A program made the position numbers and the translations under genes. The notes under the pieces were generated by a model, which saw only the letters and a list, made by a program, of their open reading frames with translations, ran no database searches and was not told the DNA's origin. Of a stretch of DNA of 64,000 bases, positions 53,487 to 63,400 are shown piece after piece. Positions within the stretch are counted from its first letter, which is position 1, and every line of letters starts with the position of its first letter. The stretch is from Actinomycetota bacterium (GTDB taxonomy: Bacteria; Actinomycetota; Thermoleophilia; RBG-16-64-13), in assembly GCA_018830645.1 (NCBI GenBank), contig JAHJSA010000023.1, positions 7,482 through 71,481 on the forward strand. Direction: 5' to 3'.

Positions 53487-54887
53487 CTATCCCATCTTCG
53501 CTTTCAGTCTGTCCACACTGTTGATACTGATACCGAGCAATTCTGCGATACGGATCTTAGCCTCTATCCCCTTGGCGCATCCGGGCACTGAGGTGATCAC
53601 ACCTATGTCGAGGTCTTCGCGCATCTCCCGCATCACCGTGACCTCGGAGAGGTCGGCGACGCTGATCTTCAGCTTGTCGGCCACGTAGGCTTTGGCTTCC
53701 GGTAGGCGCATCCTGCGCGCGAGCTGCATCCGAGCGACCAGGTCTCCGGCCGTACGGATGCCGCCCATACCAGCGGCCACCCCGTGGGCGATGGGCATCC
53801 CGTAGGGATCGCCCACACCCACCTATAATCCGTCGACGCGGGCGATCTCGACCATCGCGACCGAGGCCCGCGAGACACTGTCGATAGGCGGGGTCTCGAA
53901 CACCGGGGAGCCACCCACCCCCATGCCCATGTTCACGTGCACCGGGATGTTGGCCACCGCGGTGACCGCCTTGACGAAGGTGACGGCGCGGGCAAGGTTC
54001 CAGGCCATCGACTTGCTGGTGTTGGTGTTCACGACAGGTCCGAAGATGTCGCCTCCGGCCTTCTCGACGAGACCAACTTGGTGGTGCGGGTAGAGCCCGG
54101 CGAGACGCGTGCCGTCGTACTCGAGCTCGCCGTGGATACCGAGTACGAACTCCCCGGCCATGCCAACCTGGATCGCAAGATTCGGGTGTTTGGCCTTCAG
54201 CTGCTCGACTGCCTGAAGCGAGGCTTTGAAGTCCGCGTCGCCCGCCGCGCCCGTCGTATCGAAGTTCACGCCGTCGGCGCCCACCTCGGCCAGCTTGCCG
54301 CAGATGTAGACGATGTCGCGGGTCGCGTGCTCGACCGCCAGTTCCTGGGCCTCACGCGCCTCCTTGATCTTGCCCATCGGCAGGAGGTCGGAGGGGTTGC
54401 CGAACGGGCCGTCGGGCGCGTAGTAGGTGCCGAGGTTCGGCATGGCTCCGTAGAAGATGGGCACGATGGTGCTGAGCAGGATGTTCTCGAGCGCCTGCTG
54501 CTCCTGGGCGATGATCGGCTTGACCGGCTTCCAGGAGTAGTCCACATGCCCGAGTTCCATGGTATCGGCCGCGAAGGCCCGCTCGTGCACCTGCACGCCC
54601 TGCAACCGGCTCAGCGGGATACCGACCCCGCTGTTGCCTTGGTCGCCGTCGAGGCGCAACGTGCCGATGTCGTGCGTGAGTACGACCTCGTTCCCCGAGT
54701 CGACGCCCACTACGCGCGCATTGCTCTTGAAGAGGTCGAGCAGGAAGTCGATCTCGTCGTCTTTGAGGGGTGGGATGCGGCCGCGATCGGCTGCGTCTGC
54801 GGAGCCGGCGATCAGATCGGCCTTCAGCTCGTCAGCCGTCATATCGATCACGTGCCCGTCCCCCATCCGGGTCGGGTACTTCGTCAT
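53487..54887 (-). CDS. mtbB: Dimethylamine:corrinoid methyltransferase 2, Pyl at codon 355 (TAG 53823-53825), 466 aa
   Basis: [32 protein letters not shown] in frame. Confidence 0.96.
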
Positions 54888-54899
54888 GCGAGCACTCTC

Positions 54900-54940
54900 C
54901 TCATTCGTCTAGCGACCACTCATTCGTCTGGCGACCACTC
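54900..54940. repeat. 19-bp tandem duplication between mtbC and mtbB
   Basis: CTCATTCGTCTAGCGACCA / CTCATTCGTCTGGCGACCA / CTC. Confidence 0.85.
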
Positions 54941-54942
54941 CG

Positions 54943-55590
54943 CTACCCCTGCACCAACTCGAGGGCCTTCTGCACGGCCTCCTGGGCGTTCTCGGCGTAG
55001 GCGTCGGCGCCGATCTTGTCGGCCCAATACTGAGTGACGACCGCCCCGCCCACCATGGTCTTCACCTGGTCGCGGATGCCCGCCTCCTTCAGCATCTTCT
55101 CCAAGGCCTTCTGCCCGACCATCGTCGTGGTCATGAGGGCCGAGGTACCCACGATCGCGGCCCCCGTCTCCTTGACCTTCTCGACGAACGTGTCCAGGGG
55201 GACGTCGCGGCCGAGGTCCACCACATCGAAGCCGTACACCCGCATCAGGGTCGCCACGATGCCTTTGCCGATGTCGTGCACGTCGCCCTCGATCGTGCCG
55301 ATGACGGCCGTGCCGGCCTTCTTCTCTCTCTGATCCTCGGGAAGCGACGCCTCTAGAATAGCGACGGCCGCAACCATGGCCTCAGAAGCAAGGATCACCT
55401 CCGGCAGGAACATGGTGCCCCGTTCGAAGAGGTCGCCCACGTCGCGCATGCCCGGAGTGAATCCCTCGTTGATCACCTTGAGGGGGTCGAGGCCCAGCTT
55501 CACCGCCTCAGTCGCAATCGCCTTCGCCTCGTCCTCATCGGCCGACACCACAGCCTTGGCTGCGGCTTCGAGCAATTCTTGTTCTGTCAT
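54943..55590 (-). CDS. mtbC: Corrinoid protein (DMA cognate by position)
   Basis: GDVHDIGK, DLGRDV, SALMTTT. Confidence 0.9.
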   Translation of the reverse strand: MTEQELLEAAAKAVVSADEDEAKAIATEAVKLGLDPLKVINEGFTPGMRDVGDLFERGTMFLPEVILASEAMVAAVAILEASLPEDQREKKAGTAVIGTIEGDVHDIGKGIVATLMRVYGFDVVDLGRDVPLDTFVEKVKETGAAIVGTSALMTTTMVGQKALEKMLKEAGIRDQVKTMVGGAVVTQYWADKIGADAYAENAQEAVQKALELVQG

Positions 55591-55703
55591 CTCGCCCTCC
55601 CGCTTGTAGTCGTGGGGCTCGATGGCCCCCCAGAAGCACCTCTATGGAGACCGCTGCCCAAGAGAGACCGCTCTCCACTACGAAAGCACACTACCCACAT
55701 CGA

Positions 55704-55739
55704 CCGGTCGAGACACCGCGGCGACAGTGTCTCGACCGG
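55704..55739 (-). terminator. 13-bp or longer hairpin after the permease gene
   Basis: CCGGTCGAGACAC..GTGTCTCGACCGG. Confidence 0.6.
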
Positions 55740-55759
55740 GTTGAACACAGCGCCAGACG

Positions 55760-57370
55760 TTAGAGCCAGAAGATGGCGTAGGCGGTGAATACCACCGCCA
55801 CACCTGCAGCCAGAGTCACATAGGGCAACACTCCGGCCTTGCGGGGACCGAGTTCAGTCTCGCCCGCGGGCAACAGGTCCGCCCACATGTGGTCGGGGAA
55901 CTTGCCCTTGTCGGTGATGTAGTGCCTCACGGCGAACACTGGGATGACGAGAGCGGCAGATACGAAGCCCGTGGCCAGTGTCCCGGGACCCCACACGTTG
56001 GCCCCCGCGCCCAGAAGGAACGCGTTCACGAACGCCAGTACTACACCTGCGCCCAAGAGGAAGTTGGGGGCGCGCCACGGCCGAGGTACGTGCTTGTTGT
56101 CGATGCGGTGGATCCACCCGGCGTTCAGGTTGAGGAAGTTGAAGATCAAGTAGTTCACGTTCGACACGGCAAGCACGAACAAGTAGTCCGACATCAGCAG
56201 GAGGATCAGGTTGAACGTGAGGTCGGTCCACATGGCGCGGGTGGGCGCCCCGTGAGGGTTCACGTGATCCAGGTACTTGGGCAGCCATCCGTCGACGCCA
56301 CCCTGGTAGAGGGTGCGCGAAGAACCGGCCATCGAGGTCATCACGGCCAGCAGGAGGGTGAACACGAGCATGACCACCAGGACGTTGGTGACGACAGCGC
56401 CGCCGCCGACCATACCGGCCAGGGCTTCGCCGACGCCCGCTCCGCTGGCGATACCCGGTTCGAGCATGCCCTCTGTTCCCAAGACGCCCTGGAAGGCCAC
56501 CGGCACCACGACGTACACGGCGATGCACAGGAGGCCGGAGTAGAGGATGGCGCGAGGGGTATCGCGGCCCGGGTTCTTGAACTCACTTGTGTAGCAGATG
56601 GCGGTCTCGAACGCGTAGGCCGACCAGGCCGCGATGAACAGACCGCCCATGAAGAGCGTCCACCCACCCAGATCCCACGAACCCGCGATGACGTTGCCGG
56701 CATCATCCAAGGCGAGCGGGGTGAACGGCGAGAAGTTGCTGAGTGAGACATCGCCGGTGAGCAACGGCACGACGCTCACGACGAGCAGCGGCATGAGCGC
56801 ACCCACGGCAAGTACTGTCTGGATCCGGGCGGTGCGCAGGATGCCGTGGTGCTGCATGGCGAACACCGCGAGGAGCATGGCTGCACCGATGAAGAAGGTG
56901 GCGTTCACACGGATCGACAGGTCATCCTTGAGGAAGTCGAGCGGTATCAGCGTCACCTGCCACGTGTTGATCGCGGCGTCAGGCGCAAAGAAGATCGAAA
57001 GAAGGTAGCCCGCGCCGAGACCGCAGCCGATGGCCAGCACCGGGGTCCAGGCGAGCCAGTTGCACCAGAGCGAGACCGGCGCCAAGAGCTTGCTGTAGCG
57101 CACCCAGGCCGTGGCGCCATACACAGAAGCCCCTCCCGACTTGCTGGGGAAGAGGCCGGCGATCTCGGCGTAGGTGAACGCTTGGATGAAGCCGAACAGA
57201 ACGGAGATGGTCCACACGAGCCAGGCCGGCGCCCCCACGGTCGCCGAGATGCCCCCCATGGAGAAGAGCACCAGCGCGGGCACGCCGATCGCGACCCAGA
57301 AGGCCCCCTTCCAGTCGATATCGCGCTTCAGAACACCGGCCTCGTGCGACACGTACGTTTCCGATGACAT
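55760..57370 (-). CDS. APC-family permease, probable methylamine transporter
   Basis: YAEIAGLFPSKSGG, YAFETA..YTSEFKNP, SSRTLYQ; multiple TM helices; located between mtmB and mtbC. Confidence 0.88.
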   Translation of the reverse strand: MSSETYVSHEAGVLKRDIDWKGAFWVAIGVPALVLFSMGGISATVGAPAWLVWTISVLFGFIQAFTYAEIAGLFPSKSGGASVYGATAWVRYSKLLAPVSLWCNWLAWTPVLAIGCGLGAGYLLSIFFAPDAAINTWQVTLIPLDFLKDDLSIRVNATFFIGAAMLLAVFAMQHHGILRTARIQTVLAVGALMPLLVVSVVPLLTGDVSLSNFSPFTPLALDDAGNVIAGSWDLGGWTLFMGGLFIAAWSAYAFETAICYTSEFKNPGRDTPRAILYSGLLCIAVYVVVPVAFQGVLGTEGMLEPGIASGAGVGEALAGMVGGGAVVTNVLVVMLVFTLLLAVMTSMAGSSRTLYQGGVDGWLPKYLDHVNPHGAPTRAMWTDLTFNLILLLMSDYLFVLAVSNVNYLIFNFLNLNAGWIHRIDNKHVPRPWRAPNFLLGAGVVLAFVNAFLLGAGANVWGPGTLATGFVSAALVIPVFAVRHYITDKGKFPDHMWADLLPAGETELGPRKAGVLPYVTLAAGVAVVFTAYAIFWL

Positions 57371-57400
57371 CTATCCCCCCAATCTAGGTCTGACGGGTGT

Positions 57401-57442
57401 GGATCCGGGGTGGGGCGGCGCACGCCGCCCCACCCCGGATCC
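57401..57442. other. Perfect 20-bp inverted repeat after mtmB
   Basis: GGATCCGGGGTGGGGCGGCG-ca-CGCCGCCCCACCCCGGATCC. Confidence 0.85.
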
Positions 57443-57453
57443 CCGGGCGTCTT

Positions 57454-58842
57454 CTACCAGTGCTTGTAGTTGACGCCGAGATCCTGCATCGCTTTCACGG
57501 CTTCGTCGTACACGGCCAAATACTCGGCGGTGGGAACGACCTTGATCGGGTCGTAGCACTCGTCGAACGGCTGACCCGCCGGCGCCGTCTTGTAGTCTTT
57601 CTCGTAGCTGCCCACCAGAGCGTCGAGGATACGGTTGGCCTCTTCGAGCGGCATCCCGGCCACCGCGTGGGCGACCTCGCCCATGAAGCGGGCCTCGAGC
57701 CCCGTGGTCTTGTTCGTGGCCACGCCTTTGGCCGAGGCAACTCCGGAGAGTATCTCGCGACCGCTGACGGTGTCGGTGATGGACTGAGCCGCAGTCTCGA
57801 GCAGGCACATCTTCGTGCCGGGCCCCGCGACTGTGTAGTACTGGTTGCCCAACATCAGGTTCGTGTGCTCCTCGATGGCCCGTGCGCAGTGCCCGGCTAC
57901 CGCCAGCGGCTCCCTGGCCGTGGTGATGCCCCACCGCACGTGGATGGGCCCGTCGAGATGCCACGTCGCCTGCGTCATCACGAACGCGTTCAACGTGGTG
58001 GCCACGTCGACGATGGTGGTCTCTTCGAGTCCACCCGCGTACCCTCCGAAGATGGGCATCTGCTCGCACATGATGATGTTCCCGGCTAGTACGTAATGAG
58101 CGGTGAAGGTCAACGCACCTACGTCGATCTTCAGCTCATTGAGCTGGGACACTTCATGGCTGTCAGACTGCCGCATCCCCCCGGGGAAGTCGGCTGCGAT
58201 GACTCCACCGGGAGACAGGGACGTCTCATTGCCCTATAACCCCATCCCGGGCCTGCCGGCCCTTGCCTGAGCCAGGCGGACCTGGTAGGCCTCTTGCCTC
58301 ACGGCAGCAATCTCCCACGGGCTGTTCGGTGTGGGGTCGTAGCCGTTGATCGTCTGCATCACCCCGTCCACGATGGTGTCTACGATGCTTTCCTTCGCGT
58401 AGGATTCGTGGATCGGCAGGAAGAGCGGCTCGGAGCATGGAGCCCCGGTAGGCCCTCCTTGGATCACCGGCGGCCTGGTGTCCTTGTGACTGCGAGGGCT
58501 CAGGAGCCGCGAATCACGCCCCTCCCCCAGCACGCAGGACTTGGGCGCCGCTGCAATACTGGCCCACACCTCTTCTTCCGTGTACTTGATCACGCGCCCG
58601 GTATCCATGCAGTAGATACCGCACTCCACCAGCATCTCCATGCCGGCTTTGAAGAGGTTGGCTACCAGTGCGGGGTCCGTGGGGACCATGACCTTCTTGT
58701 CCATCTGGATGCCGTGCTTCTCTTTCAAACGCGAGGCCGTCTTGGGGATGATCTCGTAGTCCCACGCGTTCTCATCCACACGCTGGCCGGTCTTCGCACG
58801 GTTGAAGGCTTCGAAGACGGTGACCTTCTGCGCTAGCGCCAC
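57454..58842 (-). CDS. mtmB: Monomethylamine:corrinoid methyltransferase, Pyl at codon 203 (TAG 58234-58236), 462 aa
   Basis: QGGPTG, AGRPGMGL-TAG-GNETSLS, DSHEVSQLNELK, EQMPIFGGYAGG. Confidence 0.96.
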
Positions 58843-58891
58843 GTTGGCTTCCCCCCTTTCTCTCGATCGGATGTGCATTGAGTCGGCCGGT

Positions 58892-59542
58892 TCATCCGCT
58901 GACCAGTTCGATGGCCACCTTCACTGCGTCCGCGGCATTGTCGGCGTAGCCGTCGGCGCCTATCTTGTCCACCCACTCTTGGGAGACGGGGGCACCGCCG
59001 AACAGGCACTTGACGTTGTCGCGGATGCCGATCTCGATGAGGCCGTTCACGATCTCGCGCTGGGCGGGCATCGTGGTGGTCATCAAGGCCGAGCCCGTGA
59101 CGATATCGACGTTCTCCGCCTTGGCCTTCGCCACGACGTCGTCTACGGGGACATCGCGGCCCATGTCGATGACTTCGAAGCCGTTGGCGGCGAACATCGT
59201 CTTCACGATGTTCTTCCCGACGTCATGGATATCGCCCTGCACCGTGTGGCAGATCACCTTGCCTCGGCTCATGGCGCCCCGCTCGTCGGCGGTCATCCCC
59301 TCCGTCAGAATTTCCACAGCCCCTTGAAAGGCTTCCGCCGCGATAATGATCTGCGGAACGAACATCTCGCCCTCATCGAACAGGTCGCTGATGATGTTCA
59401 TGCCCTTCGAGAGTCCCTCCTGGATAGCATCCACAACCGTGATCCCGGCCGCCTTCGCCTCGTGCGCCGCCTCTGCGGCCACCTCGGGCTCGAGTTCCGA
59501 TACCCCCGAGGCCAGTTTCGCTAGGATCTCTTCTCGATTCAC
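58892..59542 (-). CDS. mtmC: Corrinoid protein (MMA cognate)
   Basis: GDIHDVGKNIV, DMGRDV, GSALMTTT, FGGAP. Confidence 0.92.
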   Translation of the reverse strand: MNREEILAKLASGVSELEPEVAAEAAHEAKAAGITVVDAIQEGLSKGMNIISDLFDEGEMFVPQIIIAAEAFQGAVEILTEGMTADERGAMSRGKVICHTVQGDIHDVGKNIVKTMFAANGFEVIDMGRDVPVDDVVAKAKAENVDIVTGSALMTTTMPAQREIVNGLIEIGIRDNVKCLFGGAPVSQEWVDKIGADGYADNAADAVKVAIELVSG

Positions 59543-59546
59543 CTAC

Positions 59547-59663
59547 TCACCCCCTCGCTCCTAGGTCCGTTTGCCGAATACACGTTGCCGGCGACACATG
59601 ATCACTGCCGTGCACCCGACCCCGTATAGGGAGATCCCTGTCGCCGCAGGCCGACTACTGCAT
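59547..59663 (-). other. Candidate amber-containing leader ORF (ATG-CAG-TAG; 38 aa if read through)
   Basis: SD GGGGGAG, 7-nt spacer, ATG; readthrough frame is open to a TGA 4 nt before the mtmC GTG. Confidence 0.35.
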
Positions 59664-59744
59664 GCTGCGTCTCCCCCAACACACGCCCGGCGGGCCCTCT
59701 GCCACAACCCATCTAGACAGGTGCGCGCCGGGCCAAGCAGAGCT

Positions 59745-59773
59745 ACTTTACGTACCGCGAAAGCATATGTCAA
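59745..59773 (-). promoter_or_regulatory. Sigma70-type promoter for the mtmC operon
   Basis: TTGACA-17 nt-TAAAGT. Confidence 0.8.
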
Positions 59774-59865
59774 ACCCCTCTGGACGAGTTCGACTGTACG
59801 GTCATACAGGGCTGGAGGCCGCCCAGACCTCGGTGCCATCCTCGCGAAGCCCCCGTCTAGACCGC

Positions 59866-59894
59866 TTGACAGGAATCCGCGTAGTGACTAATGT
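59866..59894 (+). promoter_or_regulatory. Divergent sigma70-type promoter for the transporter operon
   Basis: TTGACA-17 nt-TAATGT. Confidence 0.8.
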
Positions 59895-60139
59895 TGCGAG
59901 CGTTGAGTTGAAACCGCCGGGGGGCGGATGAGGGCGGACGCTCAGGGGGGCTCCGAAGAAGGATTCCGGCAGGGCCTGCGTATGCTCGGGGTCAAGCGGG
60001 AGCACTTCAGACCTCTCGACCGACCTCCCGTGGCAGCCAGGAGCGTGCAACTCCGGAAAGGGGGCCGACTTCGTACACCCGCGTCTCACGCGTGTACCGC
60101 TAGAACCAATACCGTAGCCACATCGAGAAAGGGGGGAAC

Positions 60140-60499
60140 ATGAGCGCACCGGGCGTGGACGAGGTCGTCGCCGCGGCATTGGCACAGGAAGACACGGCGC
60201 ACAAGCACGATCCGCGTATCGACAAGATGTACAAGAACGACGTGATCACGATTTACGCGTTCGTGATCGCATTGTGGATAGTCCTCTGGAGCGTATTCTT
60301 CTTCGCAGCCAATCCGTACATCGAAGATAACCTTCTCAGAGTCGTCTTGATCGTACTCGGCCTTTCCGCTTCGATCTTCAACACAGTCGGAATGGTGCAG
60401 AACACCCGCAGACTGGCGACGGAGCGGGTCCGCTTCTACTCGCAAGACCTCTATTGGCAAGATCAGAAACGGGCCCTAAAAGCGTCCTCCAGGGGGTGA
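60140..60499 (+). CDS. Small 2-TM membrane protein
   Basis: SD GGGGGG, two hydrophobic helices, TGATG coupling to the next gene. Confidence 0.8.
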   Translation: MSAPGVDEVVAAALAQEDTAHKHDPRIDKMYKNDVITIYAFVIALWIVLWSVFFFAANPYIEDNLLRVVLIVLGLSASIFNTVGMVQNTRRLATERVRFYSQDLYWQDQKRALKASSRG

Positions 60500-60660
60500 T
60501 GACCGTGGCTAAACACGAAGAGTGGATACCGTACAAAGACTACAAGGAACCGAAACAGAGCATCTTCATGCAGGTCTTCGACGTATTGTTCATACTGGTC
60601 CTCTGCTACATCTTCTTGCTCGTTCCGATCATGCTCACTGGAAAGGTCTTGGTGGGCTAG
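60499..60660 (+). CDS. Small 53-aa membrane protein
   Basis: ATG overlaps the upstream TGA; one TM helix. Confidence 0.7.
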   Translation: MTVAKHEEWIPYKDYKEPKQSIFMQVFDVLFILVLCYIFLLVPIMLTGKVLVG

Positions 60661-60662
60661 TC

Positions 60663-60977
60663 ATGGGCGCATTGATAGATCCTCGAGCTGCGACCTTCCG
60701 CAAGATCGCCGCCGTCTGCCTGCTGTGTGTGATCCTGATGCTGAGCTTTTCCGGCTCCGCTTGGGCTGAAGAAGGCACCACCACCACCGACGAGGCGGCG
60801 GCCGTTGAGGAGACCCCCGCACTCGACTACTCGTTCACGTGGCCTACGTTCATCCTATGCCTCGGCCTGGTGGTCGGCTACTACATCTTTGTCCTGAGAA
60901 TCTCGGAGAAAGAGTTCAAGGGCGTCGTGGCTGAGAGGTTCGGCCCCAAGCGGCTGGAAGAGGAGGGGAACAGTTGA
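60663..60977 (+). CDS. Small membrane protein with signal peptide
   Basis: ATG 2 nt after the upstream stop; AWA cleavage-like site, TM helix. Confidence 0.7.
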   Translation: MGALIDPRAATFRKIAAVCLLCVILMLSFSGSAWAEEGTTTTDEAAAVEETPALDYSFTWPTFILCLGLVVGYYIFVLRISEKEFKGVVAERFGPKRLEEEGNS

Positions 60978-61165
60978 GCGACGGCACCGCACAACTCATC
61001 AACTACGTGGTGTGGGCCATCTCGATCGGGATCTTTGGCTGGCTCATCATCGACGCGCTGCGAATCGAGACCACCTACGACCGCGACCTGCTCGTGAGCT
61101 CACGAGAGGGCGAGATCGAAAAGGAGATCCAAGCCGAGCACCACGACACACCGCAGGGGGTCTGA
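60974..61165 (+). CDS. Small 63-aa membrane protein
   Basis: TTGA overlap, SD GGAGG, one TM helix. Confidence 0.75.
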   Translation: MSDGTAQLINYVVWAISIGIFGWLIIDALRIETTYDRDLLVSSREGEIEKEIQAEHHDTPQGV

Positions 61166-61169
61166 GGCC

Positions 61170-62552
61170 ATGGTAGAACAAGCACGTCTCAGTCTGCTTC
61201 GCGTACTCGGACCGCTCCACGTGTGGGCACTCGGCGTGGGCATCGTGCTCGTGGGCGAGTTCATGGGATGGAACTTCACCGTCGCGAAGGGTGGTGTGTT
61301 CGGAGCGCTCGTGGCCTGTTGGTTCGCGGGTATCCTCTACTCATGCGTGGCCATGATCGACTCCGAGGTCTCGTCCACGGTGGCCTCCGCCGGCGGACAG
61401 TACGCGCAGGCGAAGCATATCCTGGGTCCGCTCGCGGCCTTCAACCTCGGGCTGTTCCTGATATTCGAATACAGCATGCTGGAAGCCGCCGACGCCATCG
61501 TGATCGGCGCCATCGTGCAGCAGCTGCACCCGGCGCTCAGTCCCACCGCGTTCGTGGTGCTCACCATCGCGTTCCTCACCTGGCTCAACTACCGTGGGGT
61601 CCATACCTCTCTCACCTTCAACGCCGTGATCACCGGCGTGGCATTCCTGACGATCATCGCCCTCTTGTTCGGATCTGAGTTCTGGAATCCAGGCAAGATC
61701 ATCAAGACAGAGGAGCTCTTCACGCAACTCCCCGGTCATGCCGATCCCAAGTCACCTTATGGCTGGCTCGGGTTCCTTGCCGCTCTGCAGTTCGGCATCT
61801 GGTACTACCTCGGCATCGAAGGGACCTGCCAGACGGCAGAGGAATGCCGTTCAGCGCCCAGAGCCCTGCCGATCGGCACCATGTCGGGCTTGATCACGCT
61901 GCTCATCGCAGCGACCATCACCTGGTACGTCGGCACGGGCCTGGTCGATTGGGTGACGCTGGGCTCCTCGGCCTATCCGCTGTATGACGCGGCGCTCGCC
62001 ACGGGCAAGCAGTGGGTGATCGTGCTTCTCTTCATCGGCACGATACTCTCCTGCCTCGCCTCCGCGAACGGGTGTATCAACGACGCGTCTCGGGCTTGGT
62101 TCGCGATGGGTCGCGACCAATTCATCCCGAAGTTCTTCGGTGGCGTCCATCCTAAGTACAAGACCCCGTACCGCGCCATCCTGTTCCTCGTGCCGATCGC
62201 CATCGCCTTCGGCTACACCGGTCTGCTCGACCAGGTGATCACCTTCTCGATCATGTCGGGGCTGTTGATGTACGCGATCATGCCCATCAACATGATCCGT
62301 TTCAGGCGTCTCTACCCGATGGGCTCGATCAAACGAGGCTACGTCTATCCGTTCCACCCCTTCCCGTCGTATGTGCTGTTGCTGTTTGCGGCCGCGACGT
62401 TCGTGGCCATATACTTCGGGTATTGGAGGAACATGGTCGCCGCCCTGCTGTTCTACCTCTTTGCTTCCATCTGGTTCGTGTACCACAGGTACAAGATGGT
62501 CGACAGGTCCAGGCTCTACACGATGCCGTGGCCACGACCGAAGGGATACTGA
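61170..62552 (+). CDS. APC-family amine/amino acid permease (ethanolamine-permease-like)
   Basis: VWALGVGIVLVGE, WYYLGIEG..AEE, SRAWFAMGRD, HPKYKTPYRA. Confidence 0.9.
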   Translation: MVEQARLSLLRVLGPLHVWALGVGIVLVGEFMGWNFTVAKGGVFGALVACWFAGILYSCVAMIDSEVSSTVASAGGQYAQAKHILGPLAAFNLGLFLIFEYSMLEAADAIVIGAIVQQLHPALSPTAFVVLTIAFLTWLNYRGVHTSLTFNAVITGVAFLTIIALLFGSEFWNPGKIIKTEELFTQLPGHADPKSPYGWLGFLAALQFGIWYYLGIEGTCQTAEECRSAPRALPIGTMSGLITLLIAATITWYVGTGLVDWVTLGSSAYPLYDAALATGKQWVIVLLFIGTILSCLASANGCINDASRAWFAMGRDQFIPKFFGGVHPKYKTPYRAILFLVPIAIAFGYTGLLDQVITFSIMSGLLMYAIMPINMIRFRRLYPMGSIKRGYVYPFHPFPSYVLLLFAAATFVAIYFGYWRNMVAALLFYLFASIWFVYHRYKMVDRSRLYTMPWPRPKGY

Positions 62553-62674
62553 TCCCGTAGCAGGCGGAGTCGACGCAAGGCGCCGTGGGCCGGACACTGT
62601 CCGGCCCACGGACTGCCTGCAGAGACCAGTTTCGGAGCGAGGGCCGCGGATGCGGAACATGAAGGAGGCCCCAA

Positions 62675-63400
62675 GTCGACATTTCGTTCGCGCTCAAGAT
62701 CGTACTCTTGGTCCCGGTCGCTCTTCTCCTCTGGTGGCGCATCAAGCACGCCTACCGCGATGAGCACGTCGGTCGAGAGGGTCTACTCGACGCATTCGTC
62801 GCGGCGCTCCCCGACGCGACCGTCGACAAAGGACCCCAGGGTCTTCCCCGGCTGCGCGGGCGGCTGGACGGAGCTGCACTCCTGGTGAGCCTCCACGCCG
62901 ACACACTCGCCTTGCGTACCTTGCCGACCTTGCGGTTGGAGGCCCGATGGGACCGCCCGCACAATGCGGTGGTCGACGTGATGCTGGATCCGAGTGGCAC
63001 GGAGTACTTCGCCGAAGGCCTCGGCCTCGGGGGGCGTGCAGCCCCCCCCGAAGGCTGGCCGGACACCACGATAGTGCAAGTCTCGGGCATCGAGGCCGTC
63101 CCGATCGTCGAGCGCCTGTCGGCAGTCGATCCCCGCGCCTTCCCTGCACTCAAGCACATCCTGGTTAGCCGGGATGAACTCAGGCTCACGATGAATTGCG
63201 CCCGAGCCGACCGGCAGACCTACCGCGTGTTACGCTCAGCCACGTTCAAACCCGACGCCGTCGGGCCCGTCATCGTGAAGCAGACGATAGATGCCCTCCG
63301 CACGTTGGAAGTGGCGGCCTCAGGCGCGCCCGCCGCCGGCCCGGAGGAGAGCACTGTCACGGCCGCGCCCGCCGCGAACCCGAACGAGAAGGACTTCTAG
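62675..63400 (+). CDS. Hypothetical membrane-anchored protein; start codon atypical
   Basis: SD AAGGAGG 62662-62668 points to GTC at 62675; first standard start is TTG 62708. Confidence 0.65.
   Translation, partial: VDISFALKIVLLVPVALLLWWRIKHAYRDEHVGREGLLDAFVAALPDATVDKGPQGLPRLRGRLDGAALLVSLHADTLALRTLPTLRLEARWDRPHNAVVDVMLDPSGTEYFAEGLGLGGRAAPPEGWPDTTIVQVSGIEAVPIVERLSAVDPRAFPALKHILVSRDELRLTMNCARADRQTYRVLRSATFKPDAVGPVIVKQTIDALRTLEVAASGAPAAGPEESTVTAAPAANPNEKDF

Noticed and set aside
54900..54940. 19-bp repeat as a CRISPR array
   Set aside because: Only two adjacent copies, no spacers, no cas genes
59545..60140. Cobalamin or other known riboswitch in the long leaders
   Set aside because: I could not identify a B12 box or other consensus by eye; an Rfam/Infernal scan is needed
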